A stretch of DNA of 64,000 nucleotides. Source: an uncultured delta proteobacterium (GTDB lineage: Bacteria; Myxococcota_A; UBA9160; UBA4427). The notes under the pieces were generated by a model. The model worked only from the letters and a program-made list of their open reading frames with translations. It was not told where the DNA came from and ran no database searches. The position numbers and the translations under genes are program-made. This document shows positions 33,061-42,595 of the stretch, in pieces. Numbering within the stretch: position 1 is the first letter of the stretch; every line of letters begins with the position of its first letter. The DNA is taken from the NCBI GenBank assembly GCA_963822965.1, contig CAWGJT010000015.1, positions 160,001 through 224,000 of the forward strand. The letters are read 5' to 3'.

Positions 33061-34149
33061 ATCCGGCGGCGGCGTATCGGGACCGCTCTCCAGAACCGCC
33101 GGTCGCGCGATGTACTCCTGATCGATCCGGCCCGTCAGGCTGCCGAGAAAGGTGACGATGGCCTGAATCTGCTCGCTCGAGAGCTCCCTGCCCACCTGGT
33201 GCCAGGCCATCAGGCGCACCGCCTCACCCAGGGACTGGATGCTTCCGTCGTGGAAGTAGGGCCCGGTCTCCGCAACGTTGCGAAGGGACGGAACCTTGAA
33301 CACGAAGCGGTCGGCCGCCTGCTTCGTAACCGCATGGCGACCGGGGTCCTCCGTCTCGTAGGGGTGCACCAGGCCGAGCTTCTGGAACATCCCGCCACCC
33401 AGGATCGGTCCCGTGTGGCAGGTGGGACAGCCCGCGTCGATGAAGACGGAGAGGCCGTGGAGCTCTTCGACCCCGAGGGCCTTCGTGTCGCCCCCGAGGA
33501 AGTCGTCGAAGCGCGAGGGAGTCGCCAGTCGCCGCTCGAACGCCCCGATCGCGAGCACGGCATTGTCGAAGCCGACCGGATCCGCGTCTTCGGGAAATGC
33601 CGCGCGGAACAGGGGCTCGTAGCCCGGAATCGTCCGAAGCACCTCGAGGACGAAGTCCTCGCTCGGCATCGCCATCTCCACCGGGTTCTGGATCGGCCCC
33701 CGGGCCTGCTCCTCCACGTCCGCAGCCCGCCCGTCCCAGAACTGGGCGACGTGGAAGGCCGCGTTGTAGACGGTGGGCGAGTTGCGCTCGCCTCGCTTTC
33801 CCCTGTGGCCGGGCGATGTCGGCTCGCCATCGGCGCCGAATTCGGCGAGGGGATGGCACGTGTTGCAGGAGATGTCGTGGTTCCTCGACAGACGCTCCTC
33901 GTAGTAGAGCATGCGCCCCAGGTCGATCTTGGCTGGCGTCAGGAGATTCGTCTCGCTCGCCGCCTCGGAAGGAAGCACCCCGAACAGCTGCCGCGCCCGC
34001 TCCAGGAGCTGCTCGCTCGAAGCAGCATCCGTCTGCGCAGCAGGAGCATCCGGGGTCTGTCCCGGCTCCGTGTCTCTCGAGCAGGCCCCCGTCAAGACCA
34101 GCAAGACGTCCAGCAACGCGATGCGGTGAACGATCCATCCACTTCCCAC
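33061..34149 (-). CDS. Diheme cytochrome c peroxidase (CCP/MauG family); no stop at expected 3' end
   Basis: CNTCH, RNSPTVYNA, QFWDGRA, CPTCH, FKVPSLRNV, PYFHDGS; lipoprotein-like LTGAC; start uncertain. Confidence 0.85.
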
Positions 34150-34194
34150 GAAGCTGGCATCTCCCTTGCGTTCGAAGCCGTCCGGTCCCCCTCG

Positions 34195-34210
34195 TGCAAG
34201 CGCCGCGCCA
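34195..34210 (-). promoter_or_regulatory. Putative sigma54 (-24/-12) promoter of the peroxidase gene
   Basis: TGGCGCGGCGCTTGCA with GG-N10-GC spacing. Confidence 0.55.
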
Positions 34211-34351
34211 AGGACCCGGAGGCACCGCGCTCCTCGACGCTGCAGGAACGCCCGGCTCATCCCGAGCCGCGCGGCCGACTGTGGCAGCCTCTCTCTGGCA
34301 GTGGGACTATCCGCCACGAGCGGTCACACCTTGCGCCAGCCGAAGTCCCGC

Positions 34352-35038
34352 TCATCCATGACCTCCACCGGTGTCCGCAGCGGCCCTCTCCAGCTCCACC
34401 GCCACACCGATCACGTCACCGAGCGGCACGGGAGCAACGACCCGATCGAGTGGACGCGGAAACAGCGAAGAGCGCCAGTGCAGGTCTCTCAGGCGCCCTC
34501 CCGCCGCACCTTCGATCGTTCGTCGAAGCGCGCCGAGCGAGAAGTCGCGAGCCCGCCCGAGGAGCGCACCACCCGACTCGGGACCCCAACGCCGGGAAGC
34601 CCCTCCGAGGCTCCAACGGTTCAGTACGACGAGCACGAGCCCACGTTCCGCGACGCGCACGCTCTCTCGCAGGGCGAGCGCTGGGGACTCGAGGAATTCG
34701 AAGGTCGTGATCAGCACGGCAACGTCCACGGCCTGATCCCGCAGGGGAAGCCCATGGGCGTCTGCGAGCACGAAGGGGGATCCCCTTCGGCAACGACGCG
34801 CTTCGCGCAGCATCGAGGGAGACCGGTCCAGGCCGATCGTCAGCGACCCGCGCTCGGCCAGACCGTCCACGAAGTGGCCCGTGCCGCATCCGATCTCGAG
34901 CACTCGGCGCCGGTCCGGGAACCACCCGAGGAGCCAGGCGAGAAGGGCGCGCTCCGCCCGGTCGACACGCCGACCGCGGGCCGTTGCGTACCAGTCCTCG
35001 TATCGGCCGGCCTCGCTCTCAAAGATCTCCCACGTCAC
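34352..35038 (-). CDS. Class I SAM-dependent methyltransferase
   Basis: VLEIGCGTG, GLDRSPSML, DAHGLPL. Confidence 0.88.
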   Translation of the reverse strand: MTWEIFESEAGRYEDWYATARGRRVDRAERALLAWLLGWFPDRRRVLEIGCGTGHFVDGLAERGSLTIGLDRSPSMLREARRCRRGSPFVLADAHGLPLRDQAVDVAVLITTFEFLESPALALRESVRVAERGLVLVVLNRWSLGGASRRWGPESGGALLGRARDFSLGALRRTIEGAAGGRLRDLHWRSSLFPRPLDRVVAPVPLGDVIGVAVELERAAADTGGGHG

Positions 35039-35294
35039 GACTCCCCCGCTCCGGCACCGAGCAGGCGTTCGAGACCGTGAAAACCATCGCTACCTCGCCG
35101 GTCTCGGCAGCCTGCTCGAAGGCGTCGCGAAGGGCAGCGAAGACCCGCTCCGGGTCGCCGGTGACGACAGTGCTCATCGGGCCCACCTCGGGCTCGAGGC
35201 CCTGACCCTTCAGAGCAAGGCGTACGCCCTCCACGGCCGGCCCGAGGTGCTGCTGGCGAAGGGGAAAGATGCTGATCTGCGCGCTCACGCTCAA
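35019..35294 (-). CDS. Thiamine-binding (YkoF/DUF77-like) protein
   Basis: SAQISIFPL, EVGPMSTVVTGD, FTVSNAC. Confidence 0.75.
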   Translation of the reverse strand: MSVSAQISIFPLRQQHLGPAVEGVRLALKGQGLEPEVGPMSTVVTGDPERVFAALRDAFEQAAETGEVAMVFTVSNACSVPERGSRDVGDL

Positions 35295-35370
35295 GGATCG
35301 TCTCCTGTCGCTTGCTCTTGCCATGTTGCAGGGCTCACGTGCCATGGTGCCAGGGCGCAGCGAGGGGCTG

Positions 35371-36189
35371 CTACCCCGCAACGCGCGCCCGGATCTCCCC
35401 ATTCGATGCGACGACGAGCTCCCCCTCGTCGAGCGGTGTCCAGTCCTCGTCGGTGAGCGGAACGCTGGCCACGAGTAGCACCTCCTGCTCGTCAGTCCCG
35501 CTCGACACCCGCAGGCCGGGTGCCTCGAGAGCGCTTGGCTCGAAGGGACACTTCCGGCGGAGGGTGTAGAGCCCCGGCGGCCGAAGAGTGGCGTCCCCCG
35601 CCCGCCGTCGTCTGTGCCCGTGCGCGAAGAGCGCTTCGCCATCCCAGTAGAGGAAGTTCGCCGGGCCGAAGCTGCGGATCGTGTGCGCAAACGAAGAGAC
35701 GACGTCGAGCCGGTCTTCGAGCCTGGGAATCTCCGGGGAGCTCAACCACAGCTCCTCGAGCAGGTTCAGCAGAGCACAGAACGCGTACTCCGAGTCCGTG
35801 ACGCCCATCGGGCGCCTCCGGCCGACGGGCAGATCGCTGCTCGCCCGAATGTCGACGAGATCGCCGTTGTGAGCAAAGACGTGGGCACGGCCCGCGAGCT
35901 CGCGCTGGAACGGCTGGGTGTTCTCGAAGCAGATGGCGCCGAGCTTCGCCTGCCTGAGGTGCGAGATCACCAGGGTGCTGCGAAGCTCGTGGCTCCCGAT
36001 GAAGCGCACCAGATCGCTCGAGCCGGCCGCCGCACCTTCCTTGACCACCCAGACGTCGCGTTCCTGAAGGTAGGCGATGCCCCAGCCGTCCTTGAGCGCA
36101 CTCGAGGGCTCGCCGTGGCGTGCGAACTCCTCGAGCGAGAAGCTCACGGTGGCGCTCTGCCGGCTCGACATCGCGAACAGCTCGCACAT
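35371..36189 (-). CDS. Class II glutamine amidotransferase (YafJ/EgtC-like)
   Basis: MCELF Cys nucleophile, DGWGIAY, NTQPF, FAHNG, TDSEYAFC. Confidence 0.9.
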   Translation of the reverse strand: MCELFAMSSRQSATVSFSLEEFARHGEPSSALKDGWGIAYLQERDVWVVKEGAAAGSSDLVRFIGSHELRSTLVISHLRQAKLGAICFENTQPFQRELAGRAHVFAHNGDLVDIRASSDLPVGRRRPMGVTDSEYAFCALLNLLEELWLSSPEIPRLEDRLDVVSSFAHTIRSFGPANFLYWDGEALFAHGHRRRRAGDATLRPPGLYTLRRKCPFEPSALEAPGLRVSSGTDEQEVLLVASVPLTDEDWTPLDEGELVVASNGEIRARVAG

Positions 36190-36278
36190 GGCATTGGTCT
36201 CTGCGAATGAGTCTCGCTCGCGCGTCGCCTGACGCGCGTTCGCGATGCCTCAGCCCCTTCGGTTGGTGATCCGCCCCC

Positions 36279-37226
36279 TCACTCGCCCGCTCCGAAGCGG
36301 CGTACATAGAACCACTGGTCCCGATATCGGACCCGTTTGATGTCCCCTCGCCCGGTCAAGCGCTCGACGACGGCCCAGGGCGTCTTTGACCCTCGAAACA
36401 GCTCGCGTACGGCGTCCTCGCGCATCGGATGCACGGCCGTGATGCTGAGCAGGTCCTTCTCGGGATCGCCCGAGGTTCCGAAAGCCGCGCCCTCGTAGCC
36501 CGTCAGCAGCTCGACGTTCGGCAGCATGCTCGCGAAGATCTGGTGGGCGCGCGTCACGACCTCTTCGGACGGCGGAGCCGCCCAGCCCTCGGCGGTGGGT
36601 CGGGTCGGGATGCCGACATACGCCGTTCCTGGCTTCAGCCTGGCCACGAAGGATGCGATCTCGGACACGAGATCTTCGCCGTCGTTCTGGGCGCTGATCA
36701 GCATGGTCTCGGTAGCCAGCTCCCCACGAAATCCGGCGGCGAACTCGAGCATGCCGTCGAGGACGCGCCCGAGGTCGAGATCCTGGTGGGGGCGGTTGAT
36801 TCGCTTCCACTCGGCCTGGCGAACGGCGTCCACCTTGAGCGAGACCCAGTCTGTGAGTCCGAGGGCCGCTCGAACCTCCGGCCGCCAGAGCAGCGACCCG
36901 TTGGAGATGACCGCAATGCGGATTCCCAGCCCCCGGACGCCTTCGATCGCCTCTCCGAGCCGAGCGTCGAGCGTCGGCTCCCCGTCCGGGACGAAGGTGA
37001 GGAAGTCCAGCTTCTCTCCGCGATCGCGGATCTCACGCACACGGGCCGATACCTCTGCGACGATCTCTTCCACCGGGTAGTAGTTCCGCAGATCGATCGA
37101 ATGGGTGATGGTTCGCCCCACCTGGCAGTAGACACAGGAGTAGCTGCACTTCTTCGGCGGGATGTTGTTGATCCCGAGACTCCGACCGAGGCGCCGGGAC
37201 GGGACGGGGCCGAAGACGATCGTCAT
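36279..37226 (-). CDS. Radical SAM protein
   Basis: FGPVPSRRLGRSLG, CSYSCVYC, DGEPTL. Confidence 0.9.
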   Translation of the reverse strand: MTIVFGPVPSRRLGRSLGINNIPPKKCSYSCVYCQVGRTITHSIDLRNYYPVEEIVAEVSARVREIRDRGEKLDFLTFVPDGEPTLDARLGEAIEGVRGLGIRIAVISNGSLLWRPEVRAALGLTDWVSLKVDAVRQAEWKRINRPHQDLDLGRVLDGMLEFAAGFRGELATETMLISAQNDGEDLVSEIASFVARLKPGTAYVGIPTRPTAEGWAAPPSEEVVTRAHQIFASMLPNVELLTGYEGAAFGTSGDPEKDLLSITAVHPMREDAVRELFRGSKTPWAVVERLTGRGDIKRVRYRDQWFYVRRFGAGE

Positions 37227-37972
37227 GTTCCCGGCTCGAGAACCACCCGGATCCCCCAGAGAAGCGCGATTCCGGCGACGAATGAAGCGAAATGCAGAAC
37301 GTTCGCCCCGAAGTCCCTGTGCTTGTTGACCTCGGGTACGAGATCGGAGGCTCCAATGTAGATGAAGCTGCCGGCCGCGAAGGGGACGAGGAAACCGACC
37401 TCGATCCGAGCGGATGCGGCGTACGCGACCAGCCCCCCCACGAGGAAGGTCAGGCCGGAGAGGAGGTTCAAGAGCAGCGCGTTCCCCTTCGTCCAGCCGC
37501 CGTGAATCAGCACACCGAAATCGCCGAGCTCCTGCGGGACCTCGTGCGCAGCGGCCGCGAGCCAGGCGGCAAGCCCGAGCCGGATGTCGATCAGGAAGAC
37601 GCCGGCGATTCCGACTCCTCCGAGGAAGTTGTGCAGGCCGTCCCCGAGAAGGATGAGATAGGTGAGCGGCTTCCTGCAGTCGGCGGAGGCCCGGTGGCAA
37701 TGGTGCCAGTGGAGGAACTGCTCGAGCGCGAAGAACAGTGCGAACCCCATCAACGTCCACAAGAAGACGGTCGGGTCGGCTGGCGCTTCCTGCAGGGCCG
37801 CCGGAAGCATGTGGAAGAACGCTCCGCCGAGCAGCGACCCCGCGGCGAAGGCGACCAGAGGCATGATGACCCGATTCAGGGCGTCTTCGCTCAGCAGGAG
37901 CGTCACACTGCCCACGAGAGCGATCCCACTCATCAGCACGCCGCCCATGAGGATCCACCAGAAGGTGTCCAC
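37223..37972 (-). CDS. ZIP family metal transporter
   Basis: AFAAGSLLG, HWHHCH, DGLHNF, HEVPQELGDF. Confidence 0.9.
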   Translation of the reverse strand: MDTFWWILMGGVLMSGIALVGSVTLLLSEDALNRVIMPLVAFAAGSLLGGAFFHMLPAALQEAPADPTVFLWTLMGFALFFALEQFLHWHHCHRASADCRKPLTYLILLGDGLHNFLGGVGIAGVFLIDIRLGLAAWLAAAAHEVPQELGDFGVLIHGGWTKGNALLLNLLSGLTFLVGGLVAYAASARIEVGFLVPFAAGSFIYIGASDLVPEVNKHRDFGANVLHFASFVAGIALLWGIRVVLEPGT

Positions 37973-38270
37973 CGAGTCCCCCCCTCCCCGTGAGCGGGCT
38001 TCGATGCGTTCGGGCCCGAGCTCCCAGGCTACCAGGGAATCGCGGCCAGACCGGCGGTCCGACATTCGCGGGATGCCATGCCGCTTCTGCAGGCGCTCCG
38101 TGCCCGCTCCGCCGCCGGCGCGAGGCTCGGGCGGTCGCACGCCCCGCCGTGGAGCCTCCTGGACGCGGTCGCGGCGCGGCCGACGTCTGGCACCCGGCTT
38201 GCCTCCTCCGGGGACCTCGTGGGACCCGGGAGCGCGGCTGATGCCCGTCGCCGTCAGGGTGACGAAGACG

Positions 38271-38713
38271 TTCGAGCCGTCCAGCGAGGCGAAGCTGCGC
38301 CGCAGCGGGGCCGACCACGTGATCCTGCCGGCGGCCATCGGCGCGCACCGCATCGCGAACCTCATCACGCGGCCCTCGGCCGAGGACTTCCTGGCGAGCC
38401 ACGGGGCTTGCGGGGCGACATCGGCGACGAGCTGAAGCAGCTCGGGCTGCAGATCGAGGAGCTGCGCCTGCCCGCCGGATCGCCGCTCGTCGGGCGCCCG
38501 ATCGAGGCGATCGAGGTGGGCGGGAACCACGGCTTCCTGATCGTCGGCGTGCGCCGGGCCGACGGCGACGTCCGGGTGAACCCGGACGACGGCGAGATCC
38601 TGCGGGACGGCGACACGGTGATCGTCCTCGGCCACGCGAACGACCTGCCCGCACTGCGCCGGCGCTACGAGCTCGAGCGCCAGATCTACTACCGGGGGGC
38701 ACGCATGCGCTGA
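38271..38713 (+). pseudogene. 3' remnant of potassium channel / TrkA-C gene with frameshift near 38405
   Basis: EPSSEAKLRRSGADHVILPAAIGA then GSPLVGRPI...IVGVRR...GDTVIVLG; TM and most of TrkA-N absent. Confidence 0.7.
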
Positions 38714-38745
38714 GCCGGGGGGCCGTGCCGGCGCGCTTCGGGGCT

Positions 38746-40200
38746 CTACGCCGGCCAGCGCTTCTCGAGCTCCCGGGCCAGCCTCTCCCGGCCCGTGCTC
38801 CGCAGGCGCTTCAGGTACTCCGGCAGGCGGCCGCGCACGTGATAGGGCCCGCCCTCGGCCATCACGTTCTCGTGCGGGTCGCGGCCCCGAGCCGCGCCGG
38901 GGAGCAGCTCCTCGCGCCACGCGCGCAGGATGCCGGCACCGCGCCGGACGACCTCCGGCTCGTCGGTCGCCCGATTCACCTGCTCGTGCGGATCGCTCGG
39001 GAGGTGGAAGAGCATGGGGTCGTCCCAGAGGTGGTACGCGTCGTGCCGGGTCTCCAGGTAGAACCAGTCCTCGAACCGCACGCCCCGCTGGCAGGCCCAG
39101 GCGGCCTGAGAAACGACGAGCGCCTCGCGACCCGCGTCCGTGCCCGCGACGAGCGCGTCGCGGAAGCTGCGACCGTGCCAGCGCCCGGGCACGCGCACCC
39201 CCAGCAGGTCGAGCAGGGTCGCCGCCACGTCGATCTGGTAGTAGAGCCCCCGCCGGACCCCCGGCTCGAGGCCCGGCCAGCGCAGGATCATCGGGATCCG
39301 GGTGGTGACCGCGTCCGCGGCCTGGTGGTCCCCGTAGACGTTGAGCTCGCCGAGCGCCTCCCCGTGGTCGGACGAGAGCATCACCGCGGTGTCCCCGTCG
39401 ACGTCGAGATCGGCCAGCAGCCCGAGCAGGCGACCGACGTAGGCGTCGGCCATCCGCACCCCCGTGTCGTAGCCGTCGAACATCTGGCGCACGCCGGCCG
39501 TGTCGGGGATCTGCTGCGGCTGACGCGGGAAGAACTCGAGCGCCTTCGGCATGGGCGCGAAGCCCGAGCACTCCTGGGCCGAGTGCGGGCCACACCCCTC
39601 CCAGTGCGCCTGGCGCACCTCTTCGGTGAGCCAGCCGGGCAGCGGGTCGTCCGCGAACGGCTCGCCCCAGGTCGCCGGCGTCCGGTACGGCGTGTGCGGG
39701 TCCCACAGGTGGACGTGCAGGAACCAATCGTCCCGCCGCCCCTTGCGGCGCAGCCAGTCCGCGGCGATGGCGAACACCTCGTCCGCCGTCTCGAGCCCCA
39801 GCTTCCCCACGTTGTAGGCCTCGTCGAAGCCCGCGTACCAGTGGAAGGCGGAGTGGCGCTGGGCGAAGGAGCTCACGCTCGCCGTCGTCAGGCCGGCGCG
39901 CTTGAAGCGCGACGGAAGGCTCTCCCGCTGGAGGCGGGACCAGAACTCCCGCCCCGCTCCGTCGATGACCGGGTCGGCGTCGGTCCCGCCGTGGTTCACC
40001 ACCCCGTTGTGGATCCCGAAGCGCCCCGTCAGCAGTGCGGTGCGGCTCGGCAGGCAGGGGACGTCGGAGGCGTGCACCCCCTCGAAGCGAACCGCGTCTT
40101 CGGCCAGGGCGTCGATGTTCGGGCTCGTGCGCCGGGGATAGCCGTAGCAGCCCAGATGGTCCGGGCGGAGCGTGTCGATGTCGATGTAGAGGAGTCGCAC
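38746..40200 (-). CDS. Sulfatase (formylglycine-dependent)
   Basis: DTLRPDHLGCYG, CLPSR, WDPH, SDHGE. Confidence 0.92.
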   Translation of the reverse strand: MRLLYIDIDTLRPDHLGCYGYPRRTSPNIDALAEDAVRFEGVHASDVPCLPSRTALLTGRFGIHNGVVNHGGTDADPVIDGAGREFWSRLQRESLPSRFKRAGLTTASVSSFAQRHSAFHWYAGFDEAYNVGKLGLETADEVFAIAADWLRRKGRRDDWFLHVHLWDPHTPYRTPATWGEPFADDPLPGWLTEEVRQAHWEGCGPHSAQECSGFAPMPKALEFFPRQPQQIPDTAGVRQMFDGYDTGVRMADAYVGRLLGLLADLDVDGDTAVMLSSDHGEALGELNVYGDHQAADAVTTRIPMILRWPGLEPGVRRGLYYQIDVAATLLDLLGVRVPGRWHGRSFRDALVAGTDAGREALVVSQAAWACQRGVRFEDWFYLETRHDAYHLWDDPMLFHLPSDPHEQVNRATDEPEVVRRGAGILRAWREELLPGAARGRDPHENVMAEGGPYHVRGRLPEYLKRLRSTGRERLARELEKRWPA

Positions 40201-40342
40201 GACGGGAGTCTAGTGTTCCACGGTGGGGACGGCCGAATGCGGCGGACCCGCTTCCCGGCGCTCCCGGTGAGAGCGGCTCGGCGAAGCCCGCAGAGCCGCT
40301 ACCCTCCGGCGACTCGTCGAACCGGAAGGCGGAGGACCGGCA

Positions 40343-41377
40343 CTGGGGGGCGGAAGGCGCGCGAGGCGCTTCGAATGGGAGACGTGGCCGGACAGCCGGC
40401 TTCTCACGCTGCGCCTGTGCGACCTCGGCGTCGAGCTCGAAGACAGCTGGGTCGCCGGCTTGGCCGAACGCGCGACCACGGAGCTCGCCGCCCACGGGCT
40501 TCGGGTGCGTCCCCACTTCTGGCTGTCCGTGGAGTGGTTCTCGCCCGAAGGCGTGCCGGGCGTGGCGATCCCGTTCTACCTCGCCCACCCGAGACTGATC
40601 CAGCTCGAGCGCCGGCAGATGCTGGAGGCGGAAGGCAGCACCCGGGCGAGCTGTCTGCGGCTGCTGCGTCACGAGCTCGGCCACGTGGTGCACCACGCCT
40701 ATCGGCTGCAGCGCCGCAAGCGCTGGCAGAAGCACTTCGGGCGCTCCTCCCGCGCCTACCCCGACTGGTACCGCCCCGATCCCACCAGCCATCGCCACGT
40801 GCTGCACCTGGACTACTGGTACGCACAGGCCCATCCCGACGAGGACTTCGCGGAGACGTTCGCCGTCTGGCTCACCCCGCGATCGCGCTGGCGATCGCGC
40901 TACCGGGGCTGGCCCGCCCTGCGCAAGCTGGAGTACGTCGACGAGCTCATGGGAGAGCTCGCGGGACGGGCACCGCCGGTGCGGAGCCGCGCGCGGCCCG
41001 AGGCGCTCTCCCGCATCCGCCGCACCCTGGGCGAGTACTACCAGGAGAAGCAGGAACGCTTCGGAAGCGCGTTGAGTCACGTCTACGACGACGACCTGCG
41101 GCGTCTCTTCGCCGGTCCGGGCGCCGGGGCCTCGGGCGAGTCCGCCGCCGCGTTCCTGCGCCGCGACCGGGGGACGATCCGGCGGATGGTGGCGCGCGGG
41201 ACCGGGCGTCACGAGTACGCGATCGACCTGGTGCTCCGGGAGATGACGGACCGTTGCCGGGTGCTCAGGCTGCGCGTCGCGTCGCCCACCGAGCTGCTCC
41301 TGACCGACCTGGCGGTCCTCGTCGCGGCCCGGGGAACGGAGTACCTGTACAGCCGGCGCGAATGGCATCCGATGTGA
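40343..41377 (+). CDS. Putative zinc-binding metallopeptidase (probable CTG start)
   Basis: HELGH, AIPFYLAHPRL, HPDEDFAETFAVWL; GGAGGA 6 nt before an in-frame CTG. Confidence 0.8.
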   Translation: MGGGRRARRFEWETWPDSRLLTLRLCDLGVELEDSWVAGLAERATTELAAHGLRVRPHFWLSVEWFSPEGVPGVAIPFYLAHPRLIQLERRQMLEAEGSTRASCLRLLRHELGHVVHHAYRLQRRKRWQKHFGRSSRAYPDWYRPDPTSHRHVLHLDYWYAQAHPDEDFAETFAVWLTPRSRWRSRYRGWPALRKLEYVDELMGELAGRAPPVRSRARPEALSRIRRTLGEYYQEKQERFGSALSHVYDDDLRRLFAGPGAGASGESAAAFLRRDRGTIRRMVARGTGRHEYAIDLVLREMTDRCRVLRLRVASPTELLLTDLAVLVAARGTEYLYSRREWHPM

Positions 41378-41435
41378 GCCAGGCCGGGACCGAAGGGCCG
41401 GCCGCGGGGCCCGAGCCCGAGGGAGGTGCGACCGG

Positions 41436-42446
41436 ATGAACAGACGCAGGGTGCTGGTGCTCGTCCACGGCGATCTGCTGGCGCCCGACGACCTCGAGGG
41501 CCTGAGCGACCAGCAGGTGCACGACGTCAAGAGCGAGTACGACGTCGTGACGACCCTTCGGGCGCAGGGACACGAAGTGCAACAGGTCGGCGTCACCGAC
41601 GACCTGACCCCCATCCGACGGGCCGTGACCTCCTTCCGCCCGCACGTCGTCTTCAACCTGCTCGAGGAGTTCAACGCCGAGGCCATGTACGACCACAACG
41701 TGGTCTCGTATCTCGAGCTCCTCGGGATACCGTACACGGGATGCGGGCCCCGCGGCCTCGTCCTCACCCGCGACAAGTCCCTGGCCAAGAAGCTGGTCGC
41801 CTACCATCGCATCCGCGTCCCGCGCTTCTTCATCGTGCGCCGCGGACGCCGGGCGCGACCCGGCCACCGGCTCCGCTATCCGCTGATCGTCAAGTCGCTG
41901 ATCGAGGAGGCTTCGATCTCCATCGCCAAGGCGTCCATCGTGACCAACGAGGACAAGCTCGCCGAACGGGTCCGCTTCGTCCACGAGAACGTCGAGACGG
42001 ACGCCATCGTCGAGGAGTTCATCGACGGACGGGAGATCTACGCCGCGGTGATCGGCAACGAGCGCCTGCAGGTGCTGCCCCCCCAGGAGCTCGTCATCGC
42101 CAAGCGGTCGGAGAACGAGCGCCTCATCGCGACCGAGAGGGTGAAGCACGACCCCGACTATCAGGAGAAGCGGGGCGTCGACGTCCTCATCGCCGACCTG
42201 TCGGAAGACCAACGGCGGCGGCTGGAGCGCATCGCCCGAAGGATCTACCGCGCGCTCGAGCTGCGCGGCTACGCACGGATCGACTTCCGGCTGAGCGAGG
42301 CGGGGGAGTTCTACTTCCTCGAGGCGAATCCCAACCCCGAGATCGCGGATGGCGAGGAGGTCGCCGAGGCCGCGCGGGCGGCGGGGATGAGCTACCCGGG
42401 GCTGCTCGAGAAGATCCTTCGTCTCGGGATGCGGCGCGCGGTCTGA
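41436..42446 (+). CDS. D-Ala-D-Ala ligase-like ATP-grasp protein
   Basis: VVFNLLE, IPYTG, DKSLAK, EEFIDGRE, ARIDFR, FLEANPNP. Confidence 0.88.
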   Translation: MNRRRVLVLVHGDLLAPDDLEGLSDQQVHDVKSEYDVVTTLRAQGHEVQQVGVTDDLTPIRRAVTSFRPHVVFNLLEEFNAEAMYDHNVVSYLELLGIPYTGCGPRGLVLTRDKSLAKKLVAYHRIRVPRFFIVRRGRRARPGHRLRYPLIVKSLIEEASISIAKASIVTNEDKLAERVRFVHENVETDAIVEEFIDGREIYAAVIGNERLQVLPPQELVIAKRSENERLIATERVKHDPDYQEKRGVDVLIADLSEDQRRRLERIARRIYRALELRGYARIDFRLSEAGEFYFLEANPNPEIADGEEVAEAARAAGMSYPGLLEKILRLGMRRAV

Positions 42447-42595
42447 GGGCGACGCGGAGACGCCGCCGGATTCCGGCGGTCGGGCCGGCGGAGGCCGCGC
42501 TGTCCCAGATTGCCACCGCCTCCGGTCGTGAACGCGTTGCTGCGCCGCGCTGCCGTCGCGTACCATGGCACCCGTCCGTAAGAAGGGGGAAGCGT

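Noticed and set aside
37223..41788. 1521-aa minus-strand ORF and other very long Arg/Pro/Gly-rich ORFs
   Set aside because: High-GC shadow frames; only the final ~250 codons (ZIP transporter) look real
41436..42446. Calling the ATP-grasp gene ddl
   Set aside because: No cell-wall gene context and N-terminal Ddl motifs are missing, so the symbol is withheld
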